In this document: piece after piece, positions 46,016-57,100 of the stretch | How the letters are laid out: every line of letters begins with the position of its first letter | How positions within the stretch are numbered: the stretch's first letter is position 1 | Assembly (NCBI GenBank): GCA_054600435.1 | Contig: BAAIJX010000046.1 | Location: forward strand, 1 to 64,000 | Source: Neophaeotheca triangularis | Lineage: Eukaryota | Direction: 5' to 3' | DNA length: 64,000 nucleotides | Notes under the pieces: model-generated | Databases searched by the model: none | Seen by the model: the letters and a program-made list of their open reading frames with translations, nothing else | Told to the model about the DNA's origin: nothing | Made by a program: the position numbers and the translations under genes

Positions 46016-48514
46016 ATGGATGTCTCGGAATCTGAACATCCCATTGGCGACTTCGTGCCTAGCCACTTCAATGCCGGACTTGTCGCAACTTCATACATCG
46101 CCAGCTTGGTTGGTTGCTTTTTGACTGTGGAACTACTGAACCGCAGAGGCACCGCTTTGAGTAGTTTCAGGAGTTGGGCAGAGACACTTGCTTGCGCTAC
46201 ATCTATGGGCTTGATCGGAATATGGTGCATGCACTTCATCGGGAATAGAGCAATCATCTTGGGCCAAGGGCAGAACGAGTACCAGCTCGTATACAATTCC
46301 GGCTACACGACCTTGTCGCTCTTCCTACCAATCATCGGCCTTACCATGGCATTCTCGGTCGCTGAACTACCCGTCCGCTCCATCATTCTTCGCTTCTCCG
46401 CTCTGGCCTGCACTGGTGTCTTCGCTGGCCTATCGGTAGTGGGTATGCATTACATTGGAAACTTCGGTATCAGCAACTACCAGCTCGTTTACGGAAAGAG
46501 ATACCTTGCCGCATCTATCATCATCGCTATCGGAGACTGCCTCACAGTGTTGATGCTGTTCTACAACTGGAGAGAAAAGTGGATCAACGCTTGGTGGAAG
46601 AGAATGGCTTGCGCTGCTCTGCTTGCTGGAGGTGTCTCGGCCATGCATTTCACAGCTTCGGTGGGTTGCCAATACAAGCTGAGAGGCCTGAACGACCCTG
46701 GCGCCATCCACGGAAGGAACGTTCAAGTCGCAGTGGCCGGAGGTCTCGTTGGCGGCGCAGCTGTCGTTGTGCTTATTGTTCTGCTCATATCACGGCAACG
46801 CGCTATCGCTATGAGGCAGCGCTCCCAAAAGATCATGCTGGCCTGCGCTATGTTTGATCCAGACGGTCGCGTGATGGTCACGACTGAAGGTGTCCTCCCT
46901 TCGCGCCAAATCACGGACAAATACAACCACCGCTCCTTCGCCGAGGACTTTGATACTGCTCACCCTGTCTTCCACTGGGTATACAGAGTCTCCCGGAACT
47001 GGGCCGGAGTCAGCGACCTGTTGCCCAAGATGAAGAGCCACTTGTATGCACGACAGGGCGAAGACATGACTGAATCGAGGCCCACCAGCTCTGCCAGTAG
47101 TACCATGTACGAAGCAGAGACCTACAGCGACTACTCCGTCATTTTCCGCGAAAGCTTCTGTACCGCGGCCTCTTCTCTCGCCTCGGTCATGCACGTTCCC
47201 ATTGACAAGCTCGGTATTCTGTACGATCGCATCGTGGAGACAGGAACCATTGGACCTGAGGACAGAATTCAGAAGAGGAGCACCGTCTCTGCTGAAGAGG
47301 TAACCAATGATGTCGAGATGGGCGTCCAAGTAGCGGCCTTGGGCAAGGGCAAGCTGTTGTTCCTTGTCCGCAGACTGTCCTCAGAGGAATCCGACAAATT
47401 GCTCAACGCAGGCTTCCGCTTTGCAAGCGCACATCATGTTACTCGTACCATTGCCCACTCAATGCAGGTGCCTCCCAACGTCCTCGAATGGCATTTGACC
47501 GCATTGAAGCGGTTCGTCGACGATAACCGGAAAGCCCCCAAGGGCGGCACCTACCTCAATCTCTTCGCCATGATCGGCAAGCCGCACAACCGAGGCTTCG
47601 ACATTGCTGTGCAAAAGGAAAACCAGGACCTATTGCCTGGATTCCAAATTGCTTCCGGCGAGCCAAAGAATTGGCAAGTTGACTTCCTGAAGCAGATGGA
47701 CGGTTCGCGGACACCTACCTGCCAGGAGTTTCTTCACAATATCTGTGTGGAGAAGAAGAGCCCGTCCGAGGGCAATTTTGCCGAGGACGTATTGCGAGCA
47801 ATCGAGGAGCTCAAGTTGCGTGTTCCCAACGAGTGGTTCAAAGAAGCTCGCTTCTACGCCAAACCTATGCACGCAAACTATTCTCTTCCCTCACACAGCA
47901 ACGCCGTGGCTACTACGTCCTTCTGCTTCACGGTCCTGGCTGATATGCATGCCTCGCTCGAAACATGTAATGACATTATCAGAGTACCACTCAGCTTCTA
48001 CAATGCCCGCCAACGCTGCTATTACGGCTCCCCAGACCACTCCGTGCTCACCCGTGAGATTCACCAAGAGTTTGGCCCCCTTCTTGCCCGTAAAGTGGCG
48101 TCCAAAGCGTCCAGCAACAAGCTGAAGAACGTTCGTGTCACGGCCAACCCGGTGCACAGCAACCCTTTCCGCAAGTATCGCAACAGGGGAAGCGGCGAAA
48201 GCAGTAGCCAAGAGCTCAGCGACTCTCACTCCTCCATCCATGAGTTGGTAGAGAAGCCCGAGACGGTTCACAAACGTAGCCTGGACCGCGGCAATGACGA
48301 AAACATCTGGGGCGGTATTCTCGTCAACAGTGAGACTACCGTGGAGACCAATAGCAAGTCGGACTTCACTCACGGCGGTCCCGAAGGCTATCGCAACGGG
48401 CCTGGCATGGGGATTCAAGTTGCTGTTGGCACCGACAAGCAGGAAGAGACGTTCGTCGACATGCTGTTCGCCATCACCAAAGCGAGGTTCATGCCGGCAA
48501 AGGTATCTCACTAG
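46016..48514 (+). CDS. MHYT-domain integral membrane signalling protein (832 aa, intronless)
   Basis: Three MHYT repeats (GIWCMHFIG, VGMHYIG, SAMHFTA) in an N-terminal ~7-TM region, followed by a ~570 aa soluble tail with no recognisable domain. Confidence 0.88.
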   Translation: MDVSESEHPIGDFVPSHFNAGLVATSYIASLVGCFLTVELLNRRGTALSSFRSWAETLACATSMGLIGIWCMHFIGNRAIILGQGQNEYQLVYNSGYTTLSLFLPIIGLTMAFSVAELPVRSIILRFSALACTGVFAGLSVVGMHYIGNFGISNYQLVYGKRYLAASIIIAIGDCLTVLMLFYNWREKWINAWWKRMACAALLAGGVSAMHFTASVGCQYKLRGLNDPGAIHGRNVQVAVAGGLVGGAAVVVLIVLLISRQRAIAMRQRSQKIMLACAMFDPDGRVMVTTEGVLPSRQITDKYNHRSFAEDFDTAHPVFHWVYRVSRNWAGVSDLLPKMKSHLYARQGEDMTESRPTSSASSTMYEAETYSDYSVIFRESFCTAASSLASVMHVPIDKLGILYDRIVETGTIGPEDRIQKRSTVSAEEVTNDVEMGVQVAALGKGKLLFLVRRLSSEESDKLLNAGFRFASAHHVTRTIAHSMQVPPNVLEWHLTALKRFVDDNRKAPKGGTYLNLFAMIGKPHNRGFDIAVQKENQDLLPGFQIASGEPKNWQVDFLKQMDGSRTPTCQEFLHNICVEKKSPSEGNFAEDVLRAIEELKLRVPNEWFKEARFYAKPMHANYSLPSHSNAVATTSFCFTVLADMHASLETCNDIIRVPLSFYNARQRCYYGSPDHSVLTREIHQEFGPLLARKVASKASSNKLKNVRVTANPVHSNPFRKYRNRGSGESSSQELSDSHSSIHELVEKPETVHKRSLDRGNDENIWGGILVNSETTVETNSKSDFTHGGPEGYRNGPGMGIQVAVGTDKQEETFVDMLFAITKARFMPAKVSH

Positions 48515-49569
48515 ACTCCGGACCGCTGCAACGAGCAAGAAGCGATCTTCGCGCAGGTACGATTCGAGATATGGGAGGCGTTGTGGGGGTGTTTCAGCGT
48601 GGTGTTATTATTAGACGGTGGACTGTTTTGATAGCGTAGGAAGATACCCACGCGCAAGCGGCGCGAGACGTAGTACAGGCCCACAGGACGAGGCATGCCG
48701 GCGCCGGAAAGACAGAAAACATGTAACATATGAATATCTCTGCACATCTTGTGGAGTTACTACTACTCTGAGGACATTGAGTTGATCGTTCCTCTTGCGC
48801 GACATATTGGAAGAACCTACAGTGCAGGTTGATCGTCCCTGCATGATCTCTGACAATCTCTTCGCTACCGGTACCACGTTCTCACTCTTGCTGCAGTGAG
48901 ACGTCAATGATATCTTTCGGGTAGTTGCAGCAGTGGAGAGTGCGATAGAATGCACCTCTGGTTTCGTCTACGAACAACATCAAGGACATGATCGTCCACT
49001 AACTTAGCGGTGCCCAGCAGCAGATCATCAACAACTTTTGATCTGCGTACCTCCTAAGTCTACCTTGGACGTACGAGGCCGCCGGTGTCGTCAAGTGACT
49101 TTCAGCTTCATAACGTCGGAGCGGCCTTCCGCGTTTGGCCTTGCCGACACGCTCAGTCGGACTACTTCCTGCTTTGGTAAGAAGAGTGGACGACATCACT
49201 CGTGTAATTAGTAATAGGCTGAATACAGATTTTACCTTTGATGCTGACGCTCACCGAAAATCTCTAGGGCTGGTATAATATTTAATAAGGGTAGCCAGGT
49301 AGGAAAAACCTAAGAAGCTACTGCTGCTCGCTCCTCCACGCCTCTTTCCGTAGCAGCGACTACCAACACATTCATTATCCTGGACCTAACCTCGCAACGC
49401 CATCGTCGAGAGATTTCTCGAGTAGCATGCCGTTTATCCCAGTCTTGAGCGACCGCCTTCAACATTTGGACTGCGGCTAGATACAATACTGCAAAACTCG
49501 CATTGACAATAGCCTCTGTACGCTATTTACTACATCCACCGTTGCCACAGACTGCAACCTCGACTCGCC

Positions 49570-51537
49570 ATGTCAAAGACAAGCACAGTGGAAAACCCGC
49601 GTGTTGACGGGAGCGATACTATTACACGTCACAATGGCGGCTCAATGGACATTGGAAGTGAACCCATCGCGCCCGGCAGTCAAAGCTTAAGTGCCTGGAG
49701 AGCATCGTCAGTTTCTCAATATTCTCTGAACTCTCTAGAGCCTCGAACGCCCGCCACAGGTGCTCAGACCCCCGATCCTTTACTTCACGAGCATCGAAGC
49801 CTGTCCGGAGTGCCTACCGCAGAGCGCGGTGAGGACGGAGGCGACGACAACAAGCTGCAGCCAACGAACAGCCGCGTTGCGACAGGGCCCGGACACATGG
49901 GCGAAGCGCTGGAAAATCTGACGCGAGCTCGCTCAAATACCGCTTACTCGGACGCCGGCGACAAGGCTTACGAGCTCAAGCCGACGACAAGCCGTAGGCG
50001 TGGACTTTCGCCAATCCCTGACGCGAGCAGACGGCCACCAGCATTCGACGGTTTAGCCGAGGAAGCCGGCTCACCAACTCAGCACGCTGTCCAGGGAGTA
50101 CCTCCCGAAATCGGCAGCCTGACCAAAGAGCTCATCTTCATTTCCGTCTGCAGCAGCGGACAACTGCTCTTCGCCTTCCTCCTTGGAGACGTCAATGTCA
50201 ACCAGCAGGGCTTCAAGCGCGTCCTTGGACTCGAGAATGCCGAATTGCCTTGGCTCGTGGGCTCCTTCCTCATCGCCAACGGTTTATCTGTCATCCTTTC
50301 AGGCTCTTTGACTGATTTGTCGCCGCCTCGAGAAGTCGTTGTAGGCGCTTTCACCTGGCTGACCATCTGGAACATCATCGGGTGCTTCTCCCTGACACCT
50401 TCGCGACAAGTCCTCTTCTTCATAATGCGCGCTATGCAAGGCCTGTCAATAGGCGTGCTAGTCTCCGGTAGCATGAGTATCCTTGGTCGCGTCTATCGCT
50501 CAGGCCAGCGCAAGACTCGGGTCTTTAGCGCCATGGCTTCCATGGCTCCTTTTGGTTTCTGGCTCGGAGCTTTGCAAGGGGGCGCACTCGCCGCGCATCT
50601 ACCTTGGCTTTTTGGATCTAACGCAATAATTTCGGCGCTTCTAGGAGCGGCGGCCTGGGCTACAATCCCTGCTTTGCGTCCCGTGGCTGACATTGCTGGA
50701 GCGGACGCACCGAGCCTGAGGAATTTCGATTACCAAGGCGCTATATGTGGTATCGTCGGCTGCGTCTGCCTTCTATTCGGTCTGACACAAGGAACCGTCG
50801 CTGAGTGGTCGCCCTACACCTACGTCTTGATCATTGTAGGCGGCTGCTTTCTTGGCTTGTTCTTCTGGATCGAGCAGCGCGTGCCACGCCCTTTGGTCCC
50901 GAGCAAGCTCTGGCGGACACCAGGCTTTGCACCATTAATGGCGGCTTACTTTCTGGGATTTGGTGGCTTTGTTGGAGCCTTTCAGTTCTACGCCATTCAA
51001 TTCTGGCTCGTTGTTCAGGAGAAGTCTGTAATAACAGTGGCGCTGTATCTTCTACCGAACGCCATCGGCGGAGTCATCGCCACTTTCATGGTGTCTAGAC
51101 TACTGCACAAGATCCCAGGGCATTACATCTACATCGTCAGCATGCTCGCCTTTGCTCTCGGTCCCGCCTTTTTCCTGCCGCAAACGGCAAACACTACGTA
51201 CTGGGCCCTCGGCATGCCAGGAGTTTTCCTTGCGACGTTCGGCCCGGACCTGAGTTTCGCAGCTGCCAGCATCTTCATCACTTCGAACGTCGCCAGGAGT
51301 TACCAAGGCAGCGCCGGAAGCCTCTTGGTCACGATCCAGAATCTTTCGACTGCGATTATGACCAGTGTAGCTGACGTTTTGGGTGCTCAAGTCGGTAGAG
51401 GGGCGGATGGCGAGATTGGGCTTGAGGGATTGAGAGCTTGTTGGTGGTTTGCGTTGGCTGCGGCATTGACAGGCGCTCTGATCACGGCCATCGCCGTTCG
51501 TATTCCCAAGGAGGAGGAGAAGGAGCACGTTACATGA
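49570..51537 (+). CDS. MFS drug:H+ antiporter (DHA2, Atr1/Amf1-like)
   Basis: ~185 aa hydrophilic N-tail then ~14 TM helices; RAMQGL, FDYQGA, IEQRVPRPLVP and YQGSAGSL. Confidence 0.88.
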   Translation: MSKTSTVENPRVDGSDTITRHNGGSMDIGSEPIAPGSQSLSAWRASSVSQYSLNSLEPRTPATGAQTPDPLLHEHRSLSGVPTAERGEDGGDDNKLQPTNSRVATGPGHMGEALENLTRARSNTAYSDAGDKAYELKPTTSRRRGLSPIPDASRRPPAFDGLAEEAGSPTQHAVQGVPPEIGSLTKELIFISVCSSGQLLFAFLLGDVNVNQQGFKRVLGLENAELPWLVGSFLIANGLSVILSGSLTDLSPPREVVVGAFTWLTIWNIIGCFSLTPSRQVLFFIMRAMQGLSIGVLVSGSMSILGRVYRSGQRKTRVFSAMASMAPFGFWLGALQGGALAAHLPWLFGSNAIISALLGAAAWATIPALRPVADIAGADAPSLRNFDYQGAICGIVGCVCLLFGLTQGTVAEWSPYTYVLIIVGGCFLGLFFWIEQRVPRPLVPSKLWRTPGFAPLMAAYFLGFGGFVGAFQFYAIQFWLVVQEKSVITVALYLLPNAIGGVIATFMVSRLLHKIPGHYIYIVSMLAFALGPAFFLPQTANTTYWALGMPGVFLATFGPDLSFAAASIFITSNVARSYQGSAGSLLVTIQNLSTAIMTSVADVLGAQVGRGADGEIGLEGLRACWWFALAAALTGALITAIAVRIPKEEEKEHVT

Positions 51538-51679
51538 GTGGATGGGGAGATTTTGTGGTTGGGTGGGCATTCAACATGCTATCGCGCTGTCAATGGTCGA
51601 AGGAAAAGTTTAGTCACTGCTTCATCTTCTCAATGTTTTCTTGTTAGAAACATACCTCGAATGTTTACTAGGAAAGACC

Positions 51680-52432
51680 TCAATTGATCTTAACCCTCGT
51701 GTCAAGTGACAACCGATCCGGCACTTTCAGATCGATAGCCCCTTCCAGCATGCGCTTGAAACCCAGCAGCTCCTCTCGTGCTTTCTCCAACAGCTTCGAG
51801 TCCCCCTTGTCCTCCACTCTGACGCAAGCCTCGACCACGTACGCGCCGCTCGCGTCCAACGGTTTCAACACTTCTGCATCCGGCGGCGAGCTGCTGAGAG
51901 GGCTCGAAGCATCGTCGACCGCCGGGGATGGGATTGCGTACGCGCGATACACACGAATAATGACATTATTGTGGATGAAACGGGCACCAGAGAGAACATT
52001 TGTGCCTGCATATTTGGTGGCGGCGGGATCTCGCAAGCGCTCTGCGTCGTCGCTTTGAAGTGGTGCCTCCCTAGCAGCGCGCGAGATAAGACCCGGGATG
52101 CCAGGCTCGGGTACCTCGGCGATGCGTATCATCCAGTTCGAATCGGTGTCGTCGTTGACGGCGGCCTTGCCTTTGCTATTGCTGAGAGTTTCCGGCGTCC
52201 TTTTTGGGAGGTCGCGGACGACGTGCTGGATGCTTGGTCTTTGCTGCGTCGATGCTGGTGTGGCTTTTGGGTTCTTTTTAGAGGTCTTGATTTCTGGGAG
52301 TTTCAGGGGCTGGTAGATGAGATGTTGTTCGCAGAATTCGACCGGGCTGGAGCCTGATATTCCGGTGAGGATGTCGGTGACTTGTTCATAGCGAGAGCGC
52401 GGGATTTGACTGAAGAGCAGATACTCGTGCAT
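51680..52432 (-). CDS. MED18: Mediator subunit 18 (Srb5)
   Basis: MHEYLLFSQI, EVPEPG, LDASGAYVVEA and C-terminal PDRLSLDTRVK. Confidence 0.88.
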   Translation of the reverse strand: MHEYLLFSQIPRSRYEQVTDILTGISGSSPVEFCEQHLIYQPLKLPEIKTSKKNPKATPASTQQRPSIQHVVRDLPKRTPETLSNSKGKAAVNDDTDSNWMIRIAEVPEPGIPGLISRAAREAPLQSDDAERLRDPAATKYAGTNVLSGARFIHNNVIIRVYRAYAIPSPAVDDASSPLSSSPPDAEVLKPLDASGAYVVEACVRVEDKGDSKLLEKAREELLGFKRMLEGAIDLKVPDRLSLDTRVKIN

Positions 52433-53024
52433 GATCGCGAGAGAGACTTTTCCAAAACGTCCAAAGCACTGCTCTCTCTATCAAAACAAACTGGACAGTA
52501 AGGCAAGATGGTGAGAATGAACCTTAGCGAGCTCGGTCGAAGGTGGTGTTGGTCGTAGTTCAATCGTAGTGCTACGCGGGTTATCTGGGCTTTGAAGATC
52601 CTAGCAAGCAGCGAGAAGTATCAGCTCTGGTGCACCTTCACTTGAGACTGTGCCCACGTGATGATACCTTTTATGGCTAGCATATCCAAGCATGTGAAGG
52701 ACGGGAAGGAGCGCGTGAATGGAAGGTCGCGCTTTCCGCTCTGCGCTCCGACCTCGGCATTGCTTTCCGCAATAGGCAGTCCGAGCAACGCGAGAAAGTC
52801 GACGGCTTGGATACAGCTCCGCCTGCACTTACCGAGACCTTCACCTTCACCTGATATCTCACGCCTTTCCATACCTAATAACTACCGACAACACCCACTG
52901 CGCGACACCATGATCCGGTAGAGACACGACCGCCTCTTCCAAAACCACCACCTCCCAATCTCGTCGGAGAACCGCATTAACATCCACTTCCACCTCCAGC
53001 ACCACCACTCTCTCACCCGCCAGG

Positions 53025-53534
53025 ATGCGCGCAACTCGCATGCTCTGGCAGCACCGCCAGCCCATGATCCGCTTCCTAGGCAAGCGCACAGCGCCTCCCA
53101 GTACGCCATCCACCTGCACTGCCAACTTCCCTTTTTCCAAAAACCAAGCTAACCACCCCACCGCAGAAGTCGACCACACCCCCCACGTGCACCCCGCCTC
53201 GCCCTCCGACTCCCTCCCCGACTCCTTCGCCAGCTACCGCAGCAAAGCCCAACAACACGGCCCGCTCGGCGGCAAGAACAACGACACCAGCAGCGCGCAA
53301 AGCAGCAGCAACAACAATCCGCTCACCCCACCGCCCTCGAGCGCAGCCGGCGCGCAGACGAGCGAACCCTACGGCACCATCGGCGGACGCAGTGGAAAGG
53401 ACTTGGGCAGCGTGCAGCCGAAGCAGGGCGAGTTCTGGGACCGCAACGAACTGCCCGCGCGGTTCAGGAGGAAGGGCATTGCCATGGCGGAGATTGAGGC
53501 TGTTGAGAGCGGCGGGGCTAGTACGTTTGCTTGA
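53025..53534 (+). CDS. KGD4: Kgd4/Ymr31 (MRPS36-like) mitochondrial alpha-ketoglutarate dehydrogenase adaptor, 2 exons
   Basis: PMIRFLGKR, HPASP, AQQHGPL and C-terminal DRNELPARFRR...EIEAVESGGA. Intron 53101-53166. Confidence 0.85.
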   Translation: MRATRMLWQHRQPMIRFLGKRTAPPSTPSTCTANFPFSKNQANHPTAEVDHTPHVHPASPSDSLPDSFASYRSKAQQHGPLGGKNNDTSSAQSSSNNNPLTPPPSSAAGAQTSEPYGTIGGRSGKDLGSVQPKQGEFWDRNELPARFRRKGIAMAEIEAVESGGASTFA

Positions 53535-54146
53535 GAGACGGGGCGAGGTTTCTTTCTTCAAGATGGAGACGAAAGTTATTGACGTGTGACACACCCTTTA
53601 GCGATGATGGATAAGAAGGACTTGGGCGATGAGGGCAAAGGAGCTGAGGTCGAGGCCCAGGTGCAGGCGAAGACGCGCTATGCGGGACCCAAGGAGTTTC
53701 TGAAGACGGCTCTGGCTCTGTGAAGTCTGTACATAACCCAAGGGCTATGTTCCGTGCGGTCGGGAAGATGAAAGGCAGGATGGCCCGCAGCATAGGTGCA
53801 AATACCAATGAATCAAGATCGTCTGGTGTGAGACTGCAACTGCGTCTCCGCCGGTCGCTTCACCTTCATCGACTTGTTTGTATGATTTGTTGAACAAGTC
53901 ACGCAAACGTTTTCGCAAAAGCTCACTGCGTCGACGAGCAAATCACTGTTATTGGCCAGCCACCAGCAAATGAGAGCGCGACTCAATCCCGCAAAGAAAC
54001 CGGCCAAGCTGGCCGCTCTATATGACTCTATTAAGAGGTGACTTAACACCGTATCGTTCTGTTGATCGCTTAGAAGGCCCAAAACCATGCCATCACGGCA
54101 GTCAGGTAGCTATTGACGCCAAAACCCAGTACAAAAGAAAAACACA

Positions 54147-57100
54147 TCACTCCTTACTCTTCTCCTTCTTCTCCTCCTTATCCTTCTTCTCTTTCTTCTG
54201 CTTCGGCACACGCGCCAGCCAGTACAAGAAGATAGCCGCGGCAGTGTTGAAAGCGATGAAAGCGAAGAGAATACCTGAAACCACGTGTTAGAAATCCATA
54301 GTCAAACGTTGGCGGGATGGGAGAGGACTTACCGAAATTCCTCCACCTGTTGTCGTAGTTGCTGCTGACCTGCTGCAAGAAGAAGTTGGTCCTGTCGTAG
54401 GTGCAAAGGGAGCACGTCTCGGTCGCTGAGGGGTCTTGCAAGTACCCGCCAACCATCTCCTGGTACTGTGATACGTATTCCTGGCAAGTCGAGCCCGCGG
54501 GCGGACTGAATTCGACGAATTCGTTCGCGGCGCAGTTGACGTCTGTGTTGGCAATGGCGGTCGACAACATGCCGTCGACCAAGTAGGTGAAGGGCGACAC
54601 GCGGTACATGAAGATCCAGAAACCGGGGAGGCTACCTGGTGGTGCGAGGACACCACAGAAAATCTTCGAGTATGTTAGTTGACCTTCTGCAATCTGAAAT
54701 CTCTTAAACGATTCCTTACCAGAGTGAGCGAGAACATCAAGTTGGCGATGTTGCCTCCAGACTCTGCGTCGGCGATACCGGCAATGACCATGTGCGTGAA
54801 CGTTGAAGTGAAGCTAAATCGTCCATGTAAGCAGGCGTTACGAAACGCGTTGTCGCTGGGAGACTCGAAACTTACATTAAAAATTCCAGCGTGAAAAGGA
54901 AGAAGAGGGCGCCGCGTTCGTGGACTTGGTCGGTGGGCTGCGCGTTCTCGTACAAACCAATGGGGTAGTAGAAGCACACAAAGATGATCACAGCCATGAG
55001 CGCCTGGTAGGGAATTTCGACAACGATGTTCGAGACCATGAACTGAAGGTAGTGGTCAGTAAGGGAACGGTGCTTTGAGTAGCAAGCCAACTTTGACTTA
55101 CCGCCTTCCACGAGTATGTTTTGCTGGGCCGCTCGCGTACTTCGTAGAGTGCGCGTTGGGTTACAAAATGCGGCATGATTTGTTGGACAAGCTGGCCGAA
55201 GATGGTGAAGAGCAAGAAGATGGAGAACATCTGGTTCTGCAAACCTTGCTGCGAGAGCGGAGCGTTGTAAAAGACGAATCCGATAAACAGGGCGGAGAAA
55301 AGACAGAGCGCCGCTTTGGAGTAGATGTAACTCGGCGTGCGCCAGTACTGTTGGAAGACACGCTTTTGGACCTGCCAGAGCTGGACGCCAAAGGGTGCAG
55401 CAAACTCTCGGTACGCGCTCTTGTCGTTTGGGTCTGAGGCGGGTTCCGTGACTTTTGGACGTTCTTCGATCATGTGCGCGAGTTCTTGCTGTACTGCTGC
55501 GTACTCTTGGCTGTCGCGCCATGTCTGGTGCCAATCGATGTCAGTATGCGAGCCGGGAGCTGCGCCGATGACGTCCAACATCCATTCCGCAGGATTCGCT
55601 TCCGTGGGACACTGGTGCGCTCCGTTGGCTTCAAAGTAGTTGGTCAAGACCTGGGAGTTCTCGCCAATATCGCCAAAGTAGACGGTCCTGCCACCCTTTG
55701 CCAAGAAGAGCAATCGGTCGAAGCGTTGGAACAACATGGCAGAAGGCTGGTGGATGGTGCACAGAATAGCTTGTCCACTGTTGGTGAGCTTGCGCATCAG
55801 ATCAAGAATGGCCCATGAGGTTTGAGAATCGAGACCAGAGGTGGGTTCGTCCAGGAAGAGCAGTAGTTCCGGTTTGGCAGCGAGTTCGACACCAATAGTA
55901 AGACGCTTGCGCTGCTCGACGTTGAGACCTTCACCGGGAACACCAACAACTGCGTCGGCGTATTCTGACATATCCAGAAGCTTGATCACTTCGTCGACGT
56001 AGTCAAGCTTCTCCTTCTCAGAGACGTGCGCCGGCTGTCGCAATATAGCACTGAAGTTCAAGGCCTCGCGGACGGTTGATGTTTGCAAGTGGAGATCCTG
56101 CTGCTGGACGTAACCGGTCTTGCGCTGGAAAGACTCATCTCTCTGGCGGCCATCAACCAGCATATCACCGCTGATGACACCCATAGTAACACGGGTAGCC
56201 AGTACATCCAAGAGCGTAGTCTTTCCTGCACCAGAGACACCCATCAGGGCTGTTAGAGTACCAGGTTTGACCCACCCATCGACATGATCCAGAATGCGAC
56301 GCTCCTCCTTCTTGATCTTGATGTCGTAGCAAACATCCTTCCACGAAAAGATGGCAGTCTGTTTCTGGATGATGTCGGTGGCTTCGGTGTGAGACTCCTT
56401 CGAGACCAGGGCAGCGCCGTTTCCGTCCGTCTCCTCATCACCTTCCTTCTCGTTGATGGCCTTTGGCGCGTGTCCCATGCGGAAGACCAAAACTTCACCC
56501 TTCGACTTCTTTCCGGAGATGAGTTCGGTTGCGCCAAGGTAAAGCAGCATCAGGCCAATCATGAAGGCAAAGATAATGCCGACGTTCCTCCATTTGTTCT
56601 CTCTGTAGTATTGGTACGCGGAGTTGATGTAGTCATCGCCGTTGACGAAGCCCTGACCCGGCTGCGCACCCACAGTGGAGCAGACTGCGCTGTTGTCTGA
56701 AAGGTCCCCGTAAGGAGGTACCAGCGAGCCTGGAAGACAGGTGAAATCACGATTGTGGAACTCGTTGATCATGAGAGACTCGAAACCGAAGGCCACGGGG
56801 TCGACATAATTGATCCATCGACACCAGCCAAGCATGTACCTGACGGGGATCGCGAAGCCGGTAAAGATGACGATAGCCAGAATCAGGATCGCAGCGGGTG
56901 CCATGGCTTGCGAGAGTGTCCGGGAGAAGGAGGCGATGCATCGGAACAACATGGACATTGTAAGTGTCAGGATGAAGTTGACAAAGACGAAAAAGAAGAA
57001 AGGTCCCGGTTCACGACGAAGGTTGGCCATGAAATAAAGAGTGAGGTTGAAAGTGAAGGCGTTCATGATCTTGTAGGGCATGTCTGTAAGCATGCTTGCA

